From Brevundimonas sp. (GTDB taxonomy: Bacteria; Pseudomonadota; Alphaproteobacteria; Caulobacterales; Caulobacteraceae), in assembly GCF_027487935.1 (NCBI RefSeq), contig NZ_JAIYCP010000021.1, forward strand, positions 63,271 through 127,270: 64,000 nucleotides of DNA, read 5' to 3'. Both the position numbers and the translations under genes were made by a program. Positions 32,354 through 42,206 of the stretch are shown here, piece after piece (positions within the stretch are counted from its first letter, which is position 1; every line of letters begins with the position of its first letter). Below the pieces are notes generated by a model, which was not told the origin of the DNA, made no database searches, and saw nothing but the letters and a program-made list of their open reading frames with translations.

Positions 32354-33967
32354 ATGACGATCCGCCTCACCCGCCGCGCGGCTCTGGTTTCCTCCGTGGC
32401 CGGGGCGGCCGCCCTGCCCTCGACCGGCTGGGCCCAGGCTGCCGCGAACGACAGCGCCTCGCTGGCGGATCAGGTCGACGCCTATGTGCAACGGGTTATG
32501 GCCGGCTTTCCGGACCAGCCGGCGGTGTCTGTGGCGCTGGTCAAGGACGGGCAGGCGGTGCTGACGCGCGGCTATGGCGTGCGGGCCATCGGCGGGGCGG
32601 CGGTGGATGAGCACACATTGTTCGCCATCGCCTCCAACACCAAGGCGGTGACCTGCGCCGCCCTGGCCATCCTGATCGATGAGGGCAAGGTGAAGTGGGA
32701 CGAGCCGGTGCGCACGTATCTGCCCGGCTTCAGCCTGTCGAAACCCGAGCTGAACGACATGGTGACGGTGCGCGATCTGGTCAGCCACCGGATCGGCTTC
32801 GGCCTCGGGGCCGGGGACCTGCTGTTCTGGCCCAACAGCGACCGGACCCGGGCCGAGATCATGGCCGCCGTGCCCCATGTGCCGATCGAGGACAGTTTCC
32901 GGACCACCTACCACTACTGCAATCTGATGTTCGTGGTGGCCGGCGAGGTGATCGCCGCGGTCTCGGGCATGGCGTGGGAGGATTTCGTCCAGACCCGGAT
33001 TCTGGACCGGCTGGGCATGACCGAGACCCTGCCGGTGATGGTCGGGGCCGATCCGGCCAAATCAGCCCTGCCGCACGGTCGGGTCGGGCCGCCGCTGCGC
33101 TACCAGGGCGAGATGCGGACCATCGGCCAGTCGATCCAGGAGGTCTGGAACTGGTCGGCTGCGGGGGCGGCGGGCGGCTTCGTCACGACCCCGGTCGACT
33201 GGGCCAGATGGATCGCGGTGCAGCTGGCGCGCGGCGAACTGCCGGACGGGACCCGGCTGTATTCCGAAGCCCGGGCCAATGAGATGTGGCGGCCCAATAT
33301 CATCATCTCCAACTCGGCGGGACCGACCGAGACCCTGCCCGGGCGGGCCATCGCCTCGACCTATGCGACCGGCTGGCAGGTGCAGGACTATCGCGGCGAA
33401 CGGATGATCACCCACGGCGGCGGAGCCCCGGGCTATGTCTCGGGCACGGTGCTGATCCCGGGGCGAAATGCGGGCTTCTCCTATTTCACCAATGCCGAGG
33501 AGAGCTTCCTGACCCGTGCCCTGCGCAGCGGCATCACCGACATCGTCATGGGCAAGACCGGCTTCGACTGGGTCGCGGACGGGGTACGTCTGAAGGCCGA
33601 GGGGGATGCGAAATCGATCGAGGCGGCGGCGGAGATCGATGCGAAACAGGCCGCGGGCGCGCCGCCGTCCCTGCCGCTGGCGGCCTATGCCGGAACCTGG
33701 CGCGACCCCTGGTACGGCGACATCACGATCCAGGCACGGGACCTTCAGCTGTGGCTGAGCTTCAGCCGGACGCCGTCGCTGCAGGGCCCGGTCGAGCCCT
33801 ATGACGGCGACACCCTGCGGACCCGGTTCACCGACCGGCGCGAGGAGGATGTCTTCATCACCTTCAGGCTGGAGAACGGCCGGCCCGTATCCGCGACGAT
33901 GAAGGCGGTCAGTCCGGATGCGGACTTCAGCTATGACTACCATGACCTGCGGCTGACGAAGGTTTGA
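32354..33967 (+). CDS. Serine hydrolase (beta-lactamase/class C-like) with DUF3471-like C-terminus and Tat-type leader
   Basis: SNTK (SxxK), YHYCN, HGG, LTRRAAL leader, YAGTWRDPWYG. Confidence 0.88.
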   Translation: MTIRLTRRAALVSSVAGAAALPSTGWAQAAANDSASLADQVDAYVQRVMAGFPDQPAVSVALVKDGQAVLTRGYGVRAIGGAAVDEHTLFAIASNTKAVTCAALAILIDEGKVKWDEPVRTYLPGFSLSKPELNDMVTVRDLVSHRIGFGLGAGDLLFWPNSDRTRAEIMAAVPHVPIEDSFRTTYHYCNLMFVVAGEVIAAVSGMAWEDFVQTRILDRLGMTETLPVMVGADPAKSALPHGRVGPPLRYQGEMRTIGQSIQEVWNWSAAGAAGGFVTTPVDWARWIAVQLARGELPDGTRLYSEARANEMWRPNIIISNSAGPTETLPGRAIASTYATGWQVQDYRGERMITHGGGAPGYVSGTVLIPGRNAGFSYFTNAEESFLTRALRSGITDIVMGKTGFDWVADGVRLKAEGDAKSIEAAAEIDAKQAAGAPPSLPLAAYAGTWRDPWYGDITIQARDLQLWLSFSRTPSLQGPVEPYDGDTLRTRFTDRREEDVFITFRLENGRPVSATMKAVSPDADFSYDYHDLRLTKV

Positions 33968-33971
33968 GCCC

Positions 33972-34382
33972 CTACTCCGTCTGGCGGCGCGAGACCCGGC
34001 CCGCTTCGAGCACCGGCATGCCGGCCTCGGTCGGGATGTAGATGGTTTCGCGGCCGGACTTGCCGGCGGTTTCCTTGAGCATGTCGATATAGGCCCAGCG
34101 CAGGTAGTTCTCGGGGCCGCCGAGGCTTTCGGCCATGATGCGGTTGGCCTCATTGGTGCCGCGGGCGCGGGCGACCTCGGCCTGGGCGGTCAGCTGGGCC
34201 GAGTCGAGGGCGGCCTGGGCCTCAAGCACGCGGATGCGGCGGTCCTGGACGGCCTGCTCATAGGCGGCCTTGCCCTGCATCTGTTTGGAATAGACGTTGT
34301 AGGACGGCAGGCCGATCATGACGACGGCCAGGACGATGACGACTGCGATGACCGAGCCGATGGTGATGCTGACGCCGCGCAT
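33972..34382 (-). CDS. Small membrane protein resembling the C-terminal half of SPFH/prohibitin-like proteins
   Basis: N-terminal TM, then AQAEVARARG..EANRI..SL...YLRW, IYIPTE. Confidence 0.6.
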   Translation of the reverse strand: MRGVSITIGSVIAVVIVLAVVMIGLPSYNVYSKQMQGKAAYEQAVQDRRIRVLEAQAALDSAQLTAQAEVARARGTNEANRIMAESLGGPENYLRWAYIDMLKETAGKSGRETIYIPTEAGMPVLEAGRVSRRQTE

Positions 34383-34445
34383 GGGAACCTCCTGACAGGG
34401 CGGGACCATCCCGCCGTGGGAGATTCGCGGTCCGGGCGAGCGGGG

Positions 34446-35672
34446 TCAAGGGCGGTGTGACGGGCGGGGGTCCAGCAGCAGGCCCGAGACGGTGGCCGCC
34501 AGCAGGCGCGGCGACAGCGGCAGCCGCGACACCTTGCCGAGGATGTGGTCGCGGACCCAGGGCAGAACCCGACCATCGGCCTGGTAGAAAGGGGTGAAGC
34601 CGAGGCTGAGCGCCTGATAGAGCCGCACATGCCAGCGGCGCGCGGCGGCATAGGCCGACAGGGCGTCCGGCAGGTCGGTATGCGACGCCAGCGCTTCGCT
34701 CAGGCTCCAGGCATCGAGCAGGCCCATATTGACCCCCTGCCCCAGCTGCGGACTGGTCGAATGGGCCGCGTCACCGATGATCGCCAGCCGGTCGGCGACG
34801 GGCCGGGCCAGGGTGTGATGACCGTAGCGGGCGAGGGTCAGCTGGTCCGGGTCGGTCAGGGTCTCCAGCAGGCCCGCGGTCTCGGGCCAGAGGGTCCGGA
34901 CCTCGGCCTTCCAGGCGTCCAGGCCGGCCTCGTGCCAGGCGGCATGGTCTTCGGTCCGCAGGCTCCAGAAGAAGGTGGCGAGGCGGTCGGGGCTGCCGGG
35001 TCGGGCCCCGACCGGCAGGACGCCGACCATCTTCGAGGCGCCGCGATAGACCTGTTGCAGGGCGCGGGGATCGAACGGCTCTCCCGGCCAGGGCACGGTG
35101 CCCCACAGGGCTCCCCAGGCCAGCGGGCGCGGCGCGGCGCCGAGGCCGGCGGCGATCCGGGAGCGCGCGCCCGAGGCGTCGACGATCAGGTCGAAGGCCG
35201 GGGTGGAGTGACCGCACGCGTCCGTCAGCCGCCCGCCATCGGCGGCGACCATCTCCCGGCCGGTCTCGAACCTGACACCGGCCTCGAGACAGGCGCGGTG
35301 CAGGACGTCGAACAGGGCCGCCCGGTGGACGCCGAGCGCCAGCCTCGGACGGTGCAGGTCGTCGTAGCGGACATCCAGCACGATGCGGCCGCGCCGGGCC
35401 TCGCGTCCGAAGATGTGGTCGATCGGCTGGGCCATGGCCTCGACCGCCGGGGTCAGACCGAGCGCATCGAGCACGGCCAGTCCGGTCGGCTGGAGCATGA
35501 AGCCGGCCCCGACCGGCCCGGCCTGTTCGAACCGTTCGAAGACGATGACGTCCCGCCCCTGCCGCGCCAGCATGAGGGCTGCCGCCAGGCCGGAGGGGCC
35601 CGCCCCGACGATGGCCGTTTTGTCGGGCCGCGGTCGTCGGCCCTTCGGGACCTCCCGATCCGACGCGGCCAT
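34446..35672 (-). CDS. FAD-dependent monooxygenase/oxidoreductase
   Basis: IVGAGPSG, LIVDASG, IIGDAAHSTSPQLGQGVNMG. Confidence 0.92.
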   Translation of the reverse strand: MAASDREVPKGRRPRPDKTAIVGAGPSGLAAALMLARQGRDVIVFERFEQAGPVGAGFMLQPTGLAVLDALGLTPAVEAMAQPIDHIFGREARRGRIVLDVRYDDLHRPRLALGVHRAALFDVLHRACLEAGVRFETGREMVAADGGRLTDACGHSTPAFDLIVDASGARSRIAAGLGAAPRPLAWGALWGTVPWPGEPFDPRALQQVYRGASKMVGVLPVGARPGSPDRLATFFWSLRTEDHAAWHEAGLDAWKAEVRTLWPETAGLLETLTDPDQLTLARYGHHTLARPVADRLAIIGDAAHSTSPQLGQGVNMGLLDAWSLSEALASHTDLPDALSAYAAARRWHVRLYQALSLGFTPFYQADGRVLPWVRDHILGKVSRLPLSPRLLAATVSGLLLDPRPSHRP

Positions 35673-35674
35673 GC

Positions 35675-36346
35675 TCAGGCCGGCACCAGCTCGATCAGGT
35701 CGAGGTTGGACTCGGCCTGGGGCCAGGGGATGACCAGCCGCCAGCGGCGCTCACCGATCCGCTCCAGAACGGCGATCAGGTCGCGGTCGGGCCGCTGGCC
35801 GTAGGAGTTGGCGGGCGGCTCCTCGGCCAGGGCGAGGGAGCCGAGCATGACCATCTGGCGGTCGTTCTCGGGGAACAGCAGGCCGGCGGGGCGCTGACTG
35901 CCGGTCTGTTTGGAGAATTTCAGACCCCGCTGTGTGGCTTCAATGCGGCAGGCGAACCAGCCGTAGACCACATAGCCGAGGCCGTCCTCGCCCCCCTGGG
36001 AGCCCAGTTTGACGGTGCGGCAGCGATAGTCGCCGGGCGGCGGCGCGACCGATGACCGGGCGGCGCGGGGGTCGATCAGGTCACCGAGACCGCTCAGGTC
36101 GCCCGAGCCGGGCTGACGGCGGGCCTGTTGCAGGGCCAGAGACCAGGCCGCATCCCGGCGGCTGTAGCGGTCGCGGTCGGATGCCGTGACGATGCCGCGC
36201 CAGTCGCGCAGCGCCACCGATCCGGCGGCCTCTCCGGACGCGGCGGGTGGCGGCGGGGGTGGTGGCGGGGGTGGCGCGGAGGCGCAGGCAGCGAGCGCGA
36301 GGCTCGCGAAAAGGCTCAGGGCCGAAGACCGCGACAGGCCGGACAT
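35675..36346 (-). CDS. DUF4893-like lipoprotein
   Basis: Lipobox LAAC, poly-Pro linker, GDYRCRTVKLG, KQTGSQRPAG. Confidence 0.75.
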   Translation of the reverse strand: MSGLSRSSALSLFASLALAACASAPPPPPPPPPPAASGEAAGSVALRDWRGIVTASDRDRYSRRDAAWSLALQQARRQPGSGDLSGLGDLIDPRAARSSVAPPPGDYRCRTVKLGSQGGEDGLGYVVYGWFACRIEATQRGLKFSKQTGSQRPAGLLFPENDRQMVMLGSLALAEEPPANSYGQRPDRDLIAVLERIGERRWRLVIPWPQAESNLDLIELVPA

Positions 36347-36431
36347 GGGCGCTCCGGGAGAGATCGAGGCCCCCTTGGGCCAGCGAAGCGAGGCGGCGTC
36401 AAGCGACCTCGCACGGCGGGCAGGGTGCCGG

Positions 36432-37403
36432 TCAGTCCTCGGCGGCCGTGGCCTCGACCTTGCGGCGGGGCGCGCGACGTTTGGGCGCGGCGGCCTCTTC
36501 GGCGGCTTCAACGGGTTCCGGTGCCGATGCGGTCGAACGGGTCAGGAAGCCCGGCAGGGCCGAGGGACCGTCGTCGGTGGCCACGCCGGCATCACGGCGG
36601 GGCTTGCGCTCGGGACGTTCTGCGCGGGCCGGGCGTTCGGCCCGTTCCGGCCGGTCGGAACGGACGTCCGGGGCGGCCTCGGTCGTCTCGGCGGGCGGAG
36701 CGTCGCTCTCGGTGCGGGCCTCACCGCCTTCGCGTTCGAAGCGGGCGTTGCGCTCCAGCTGGCGGCGCTCCCAGCGTTCGCGGCGGGTCTCGCGGCGGCT
36801 GCCGTCGGCATTGAAGCCGCCGTCACTCTCGGACCGGGGCTCGCGCGGTTCGCGGTCCTGACGCGGCTGGTCGTCGCGGTCACGCCATTCCCGGCGGGGC
36901 TGTTCGCCCCCCTGACGATCACCTTGGCGGTCATTGGGGCGGTCGTTCTGGCGGTCGTTCTGGCGTTCCTCGGCCTCGCGCTGGCGGGCCTCGATCTGGG
37001 CGAGACGGTCGGCCTCGACCTTTTCGGCAGCCATGATGGCGGCGGCCTGGGCGCCGGTCTCGTCCTCGAAATCGATATCGAAACCCTGGCCGGCCAGTTC
37101 GCGCTGGGCGATCTCGGACACGGGACGCGAGGGCTGGAGCGCGCGCAGGACGCGGAAATAGTGTTCGGCGTGCTGGGTGTAGTTCTCGGCCAGGACGCGG
37201 TCGCCGGCGGCGGAGGCGTCACGCGCCAGCTGCATGTAGCGCTCATAGACGGTCTGGGCGTTGCCGCGGACCTTGATGTTCTCGGGGCCCTGGGAGTCCC
37301 ACGAACGGTTCGGATTGGTGGCGTTGGCATTGTTGTTGCCGCTGCCGCCGCCGGGCTTTCTGTTGCGTCCGCGCTGACGCTTCATGCCCTTGAAATCTCT
37401 CAT
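36432..37403 (-). CDS. DUF4167 domain protein
   Basis: DSQGPENIKVRGNAQTVYERYMQLARDA...AENYTQHAEHYFR, then low-complexity charged tail. Confidence 0.85.
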   Translation of the reverse strand: MRDFKGMKRQRGRNRKPGGGSGNNNANATNPNRSWDSQGPENIKVRGNAQTVYERYMQLARDASAAGDRVLAENYTQHAEHYFRVLRALQPSRPVSEIAQRELAGQGFDIDFEDETGAQAAAIMAAEKVEADRLAQIEARQREAEERQNDRQNDRPNDRQGDRQGGEQPRREWRDRDDQPRQDREPREPRSESDGGFNADGSRRETRRERWERRQLERNARFEREGGEARTESDAPPAETTEAAPDVRSDRPERAERPARAERPERKPRRDAGVATDDGPSALPGFLTRSTASAPEPVEAAEEAAAPKRRAPRRKVEATAAED

Positions 37404-37677
37404 CCGACGCTACCGTGCTTTGTATGAGGGACGGTCCGGGGCGATGGCCGCCGGTGCTGTCCGTTGGGTCGTTCCGCTTCGTTCCGGGGCCAATCCCCGC
37501 TGACGATGTGATCGGAAATACATATCTCCCCGTGGTCCGCCCGGCCGATCTGGCCAGACCTTCACATGCCCTGAGCGCGCGTGGATGGGCCTGAAGCGGT
37601 CCAAGGCGTGCGTTTTGGGTGGGAGACAGAAGAAGACTTAGCGCGGCAAGGGGCCGTTTCCAAGAGGTTTGTTTGAG

Positions 37678-37725
37678 ACCCCTGCACCACCCTTCGGGCG
37701 GTCCCCCTCCCCCGATGGGGGAGGA
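37678..37725. repeat. Short double-hairpin palindromic element downstream of prmC
   Basis: ACCACCCTTCGGGCGGT plus CCTCCCCC-gat-GGGGGAGG; resembles a dispersed alphaproteobacterial repeat family (recollection). Confidence 0.55.
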
Positions 37726-37728
37726 ACG

Positions 37729-38607
37729 CTACATCTTCGGAATGGGGTTTGTCCTCGGGTCCGGGCCGTTGGTGACGACGCGGTCGCGGTCGGACAGGTC
37801 CTTGACGATGATGACGTGGTCGAAGCCCGCCGCCTCGAACAGGGCCTTGACCTGCGGGCCCTGGTCCCAGCCGATCTCGACGGCGAAGATGCCACCGGGA
37901 CGCAGGATGCGGCGGATCTCCGGGGCCAGTTCGCGATAGGCGACGAGGCCGTCGGGGCCGCCGTCGAGGGCCAGATGCGGGTCATGCTCGCGGACCTCGG
38001 GGTCGAGGCCGGGGATGTCGCCGGACGGGATGTAGGGCGGGTTGGAGACCACCAGATCGAAGCTGGCGTCGCCGAAACCGGCGGCCCATTCGGTGCGCAG
38101 GAAGGTGGCGCGGTTGTCGAGTTCGAGGTTGGTGGCGTTCTCCTTCGCGACGGCCAGGGCCTCGAAGGAGATGTCGGTGCCGACGCCGCGCGCCCCGGCC
38201 CGCTCGGCCAGGGTGGCCAGCAGGATGGCGCCGGAGCCGGTGCCGAGATCGATCATCTCGAAGGCCTGATGCGGCGGATAGGCCAGCATGACGACGTCGA
38301 GAATGGCCTCGGTGTCGGGCCGGGGGCTGAGCACATCGGGGGTGACGTTCAGCATGATCTTCCAGAAGCCCTTCCGGCCGAGGATGCGCGAGACCGGCTC
38401 GCGGCGCAGGCGGCGTTCGACGAAGCCGTCCAGGGCGGCCTGCTGGTCCGGGGTCACGACGCGGTAGGGGTCGGTCAGGATGTCGGTGCGGCTCGCGCCG
38501 GTGGCGACCTCCAGCAGCAGGCGGGCGTCGATGGACGGGCTGTCGATGCGGCCGGCCTTGAGCGTGGCGGTCGCAGCCTTCCAGGCGGTCACGAGGGTCG
38601 GGGTCAT
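37729..38607 (-). CDS. prmC: Release factor glutamine methyltransferase
   Basis: PRPDTE, DLGTGSGAI, VSNPPY; follows prfA. Confidence 0.95.
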   Translation of the reverse strand: MTPTLVTAWKAATATLKAGRIDSPSIDARLLLEVATGASRTDILTDPYRVVTPDQQAALDGFVERRLRREPVSRILGRKGFWKIMLNVTPDVLSPRPDTEAILDVVMLAYPPHQAFEMIDLGTGSGAILLATLAERAGARGVGTDISFEALAVAKENATNLELDNRATFLRTEWAAGFGDASFDLVVSNPPYIPSGDIPGLDPEVREHDPHLALDGGPDGLVAYRELAPEIRRILRPGGIFAVEIGWDQGPQVKALFEAAGFDHVIIVKDLSDRDRVVTNGPDPRTNPIPKM

Positions 38608-38693
38608 GGGGTCTCCGGGCATTCGGCGGTCTGGAGCATTGTTGGGCAAGTTCCGGGACCGGACTCGCTGTTTCAGTCAGGTCCGGTCAGGCC

Positions 38694-39761
38694 TTAGCCG
38701 AATTCCGCCTCGAGATCGGCGAGGCGGGCCGCCTGATCCTCCGCGATCAGGGCGTTGAGCAGGGGGTCGATGTCGCCCTCGAGAATCTGCGGCAGGCTGT
38801 GCAGGGTCAGACCGATACGGTGGTCGGTCACCCGGCCCTGCGGGAAATTATAGGTGCGGATACGCTCCGACCGGTCGCCGGAGCCGACCTGTGATTTGCG
38901 CGAGTCGGAGCGGGCGTCGTCCTTCATCTGGCGCTGCATGTCGTAGAGCCGGACGCGCAGGTTTTTCATCGCCTTGTCGCGGTTGACGTGCTGGGACTTC
39001 TCCGAGGAGGTCACCACGATCCCCGAGGGGAAATGGGTGATGCGCACGGCGGAATCGGTCTTGTTGACGTGCTGGCCGCCCGAGCCGGAGGCGCGGAAGG
39101 TGTCGATGCGGATGTCCTTGTCGTGGATCTCGATCTCGACATCCTCGACCTCGGGCAGGACGGCGACCGTGGCGGCCGAGGTGTGGATTCGGCCGCCGGC
39201 CTCGGTCGTCGGGACCCGCTGGACGCGGTGGACGCCGCTCTCGAACTTCAGCCGGCCGAAGACGCCGTCGCCCGTGACCGTCGCGATGATCTCCTTGTAG
39301 CCGCCCGCGTCGCCCTCGGTGGCGGAGTCCAGTTCGACCTTCCAGCCCCGGGTCGAGGCATAGCGGGAGTACATGCGGAACAGGTCGCCCGCGAACAGGG
39401 CGGCCTCATCGCCGCCGGTGCCGGCGCGGACTTCCAGCACGGCGGAGGCGTTTTCGTCGGCATCGCGCGGGGCCAGCAGCAGGGCCACGTCGCGCTCCAT
39501 GTCGGGCAGCCGGTCCCTGAGCGCCTGCAGTTCGTCGGCGGCCATTTCGGCCATCTCGGGGTCGGTGGCCATGGCTTCGAGATCGGCCATCTCGGCCCGG
39601 GTCCTCGCCAGCGCCATGACGGCGTCGGCGACGGGCTTCATCTCCGCATGTTCCTTGGACAGGCGGACGATCTCCTGGCCGTCGCTGGCCGCACCCATCC
39701 GCGCCTCCACCTGGTGGAAACGGTCGAGCACCTGATCGAGCCGGGCCTGGGGCAGTCGCAA
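38694..39761 (-). CDS. prfA: Peptide chain release factor 1
   Basis: GGQ motif (GSGGQHVN), PxT motif (RVPTTE), RTYNFPQGR; TTG start. Confidence 0.98.
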   Translation of the reverse strand: MRLPQARLDQVLDRFHQVEARMGAASDGQEIVRLSKEHAEMKPVADAVMALARTRAEMADLEAMATDPEMAEMAADELQALRDRLPDMERDVALLLAPRDADENASAVLEVRAGTGGDEAALFAGDLFRMYSRYASTRGWKVELDSATEGDAGGYKEIIATVTGDGVFGRLKFESGVHRVQRVPTTEAGGRIHTSAATVAVLPEVEDVEIEIHDKDIRIDTFRASGSGGQHVNKTDSAVRITHFPSGIVVTSSEKSQHVNRDKAMKNLRVRLYDMQRQMKDDARSDSRKSQVGSGDRSERIRTYNFPQGRVTDHRIGLTLHSLPQILEGDIDPLLNALIAEDQAARLADLEAEFG

Positions 39762-39883
39762 GGGGGAAGCGCCTCTTCAAAACGGGAGGCGGTGTTTACT
39801 CCGACGGACACCGCCCTGTCGATGCGGGCCTGTCGATGCAGGGGCACGAGGCGTGATCTGATCCCGGGTGCGGCCGGGACGGC

Positions 39884-40480
39884 TCAGCCCGGTCGTGTGT
39901 CCGCAAAACTCGGCCGGGCCTCCAGCGCCGCCTGCAGGGCCATCAGCCCGGGACGACCCGCCGCGAGGTCGAAATCGGGATGGCGGAAGCCGATCCAGGT
40001 CACGGCGACGCCGGCGGTGATGAGGCCGATGTCCAGCCGGGTCGGGTCGGGGCGTGCGGCCTCAAGCGCATCAAGCGCCCGGCCCATGTTTTCGGTCCAG
40101 CGACCGATCCACGACGGGGACTGCTCGCCTTCGGGGCGGCGCTTTTCCAGCACCAGCTTGACCCCCATCTCCAGCGCCTGATTGCCCAGGGTCTCCAGCC
40201 GCCGCACGCGCAGACGCTCCGCGCCCTCGGCGGGCAGGAGGCGCGGGCCGGAGCCGAGAGAGTCCAGGTAGTCGCAGATCACCGGACTGTCGCTGATCGG
40301 CAGGCCGTCTTCGGCGATCAGGGTCGGGACCTGGACCACCGGATTGGAGGCCAGCAGTTCCGGCGCATTGGCGTAGGGGTCGACCACGATCTCCTCGATC
40401 CGGTCGATCAGCCCCTTCTCACGGGCCACGATCCGGCATTTGCGGGCGAAGGGCGACGGGACGGTGATGTAGAGTTTCAT
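39884..40480 (-). CDS. Glutathione S-transferase family protein
   Basis: SPFARK, NPVVQVPTL, DSPVICDYL. Confidence 0.9.
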   Translation of the reverse strand: MKLYITVPSPFARKCRIVAREKGLIDRIEEIVVDPYANAPELLASNPVVQVPTLIAEDGLPISDSPVICDYLDSLGSGPRLLPAEGAERLRVRRLETLGNQALEMGVKLVLEKRRPEGEQSPSWIGRWTENMGRALDALEAARPDPTRLDIGLITAGVAVTWIGFRHPDFDLAAGRPGLMALQAALEARPSFADTRPG

Positions 40481-40508
40481 GCTGCTCTTCCCAGATTCAA
40501 GAGACCGG

Positions 40509-40784
40509 TCACGGGTATTGTCGGCGGGTGTGCAGCACGTTCACGATCCGCACCAGTTTCTCTTCCACGTGATAGACCAGAATGTAGTTGGGATGGACGA
40601 CCATCTCCCGCGTGCCGGCTCGGCGCCCGGGTCGCCCTGCCATCGGAAACCGGGCAAGCCGGTCGGCAGCGGCCTCGAAGAGGTTGTTCATAGCCTCGGA
40701 AGCATCGGGATTTCGCTCGGCGATGAAGGCAAGAATCGCGCGCAGGTCGGACCGCGCATCTTCGGCCCAGGCGACCCGGGCCAC
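40509..40784 (-). CDS. RelE/ParE family toxin (ParE2-like)
   Basis: DLRAILAFIA, GRPGR..GTREMVVHPNYILVY, VLHTRRQYP. Confidence 0.88.
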   Translation of the reverse strand: MARVAWAEDARSDLRAILAFIAERNPDASEAMNNLFEAAADRLARFPMAGRPGRRAGTREMVVHPNYILVYHVEEKLVRIVNVLHTRRQYP

Positions 40785-40786
40785 GA

Positions 40787-40960
40787 CTATTTGCGGTAGC
40801 TCTCGATCAAGGCCTTCATTTCCGCCATGACCTGTTCATGCGGAATCGGAGGCCGGGTATCCGCCAGAGACCGCTCCACCTTCGCCCGGAACCAGGCGTC
40901 ATAGGCTTCGGCCTCTTCGATCGAGGCGAATTCGGACTCTGTGGGATCGAGCGCGGGCAT
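40787..40960 (-). CDS. PaaA2-like antitoxin, 57 aa (below ORF-track cutoff)
   Basis: Manual translation MPALDPTESEFASIEEAEAYDAWFRAKVERSLADTRPPIPHEQVMAEMKALIESYRK; stop 2 bp before toxin GTG. Confidence 0.85.
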   Translation of the reverse strand: MPALDPTESEFASIEEAEAYDAWFRAKVERSLADTRPPIPHEQVMAEMKALIESYRK

Positions 40961-41002
40961 GGGCGGAATATGCGCCCCGTCCGGAGTCGCCGCAACCGAT
41001 TG

Positions 41003-42151
41003 CTACCGCAGGGCGATCCTCGGCGCGGCTTCTACCGCGCGCGCCGCGTCCAGTTCGGCGGCTTTCGCCTCGACCAGTTCCACGATGTGATCGACCATAC
41101 CGTCGTTGTGCTGTTTGTGGGCCATCCTGCCGTTGACATAGACCATGCCCGAGCCGGCCCCGCCGCCGGTGAAGCCGATGTCCGTGTACAAGGCCTCGCC
41201 CGGGCCGTTGACGACGCAGCCGATGATCGACAGCGACATCGGCGTGGTCACATGGGCCAGACGCTCCTCGAGGATGCCGACGGTCTCGATGACGTTGAAG
41301 CCCTGACGGGCGCAGGAGGGGCAGGCAATGATGTTCACCCCGCGGTGGCGCAGGCCCAGCGACTTGAGGATGTCGAAACCGACCTTGACCTCCTCCACCG
41401 GGTCGGCGGCGAGCGAGACACGGATGGTGTCACCGATCCCGGCCCAGAGCATGGAGCCGAGGCCGATGGCGGACTTGATCGTGCCCGACCGCAGGGGACC
41501 GGCCTCGGTCACGCCCAGGTGCAGGGGGCAGTCGATGGCCTCGGCCAGCTGCTGGTAGGCCGCCACGGTCAGGAAGGGGTCGGAGGCCTTCACGGAGATC
41601 TTGAACGCGTGGAAATCGTGGTCCTGGAGGATGCGGGCGTGGTTGAGAGCGCTCTCGACCATGGCCTCGGGGCAGGGCTCGCCGTATTTTTCCAGCAGCT
41701 CCTTCTCCAGTGAGCCGGCGTTGACGCCGATGCGCATGGAGCAGCCGTGGTCGCGGGCCGCCTGGATGACCTCCCGGACCCGGTCCGCCGAGCCGATATT
41801 GCCCGGATTGATACGCAGGCAGGCGGCGCCGGCCTCGGCCGCTTCAATGCCGCGTTTGTAGTGAAAATGGATATCTGCGACCAAGGGGACGCGGGACTCG
41901 CGGGCGATGACCCGGAAGGCTGCCGTCGAGGCTTCGTCGGGGCAGGAGACCCGGACGATGTCGGCACCGGCCTCCTCCAGCTGGCGTATCTGCTCCAGCG
42001 TCGCCGCCGCGTCGGACGTCGGCGTATTGGTCATGGACTGGACGGAGATCGGCGCATCGCCGCCCACAGGCACCGATCCGACCATGATCTGGCGGCTCTT
42101 GCGGCGCTCGATGTGTCGCCAGGGACGGATATGGGAAAGGTCAGTACTCAT
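41003..42151 (-). CDS. ispG: (E)-4-hydroxy-3-methylbut-2-enyl-diphosphate synthase
   Basis: [35 protein letters not shown]. Confidence 0.97.
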   Translation of the reverse strand: MSTDLSHIRPWRHIERRKSRQIMVGSVPVGGDAPISVQSMTNTPTSDAAATLEQIRQLEEAGADIVRVSCPDEASTAAFRVIARESRVPLVADIHFHYKRGIEAAEAGAACLRINPGNIGSADRVREVIQAARDHGCSMRIGVNAGSLEKELLEKYGEPCPEAMVESALNHARILQDHDFHAFKISVKASDPFLTVAAYQQLAEAIDCPLHLGVTEAGPLRSGTIKSAIGLGSMLWAGIGDTIRVSLAADPVEEVKVGFDILKSLGLRHRGVNIIACPSCARQGFNVIETVGILEERLAHVTTPMSLSIIGCVVNGPGEALYTDIGFTGGGAGSGMVYVNGRMAHKQHNDGMVDHIVELVEAKAAELDAARAVEAAPRIALR

Positions 42152-42206
42152 GGGGCCGCAACATAGGGCCTTGATTGCGGCATGGCCACGACACCCGATG
42201 CCGCGA

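Noticed and set aside
32032-32370. 112-aa minus-strand ORF with HNGHNAGHNAHNG repeats
   Set aside because: The His repeats are just the translation of the DNA repeat, and the ORF overlaps the hydrolase start on the opposite strand.
32354-33967. Serine hydrolase as an antibiotic-resistance beta-lactamase
   Set aside because: Size, DUF3471-like tail and motifs fit the broad peptidase/esterase group; activity cannot be inferred.
39788-39839. 8-bp hairpin plus CCTGTCGATGC direct repeat upstream of prfA
   Set aside because: Short GC-rich matches with no second occurrence seen; could be a terminator or promoter feature but cannot be supported.
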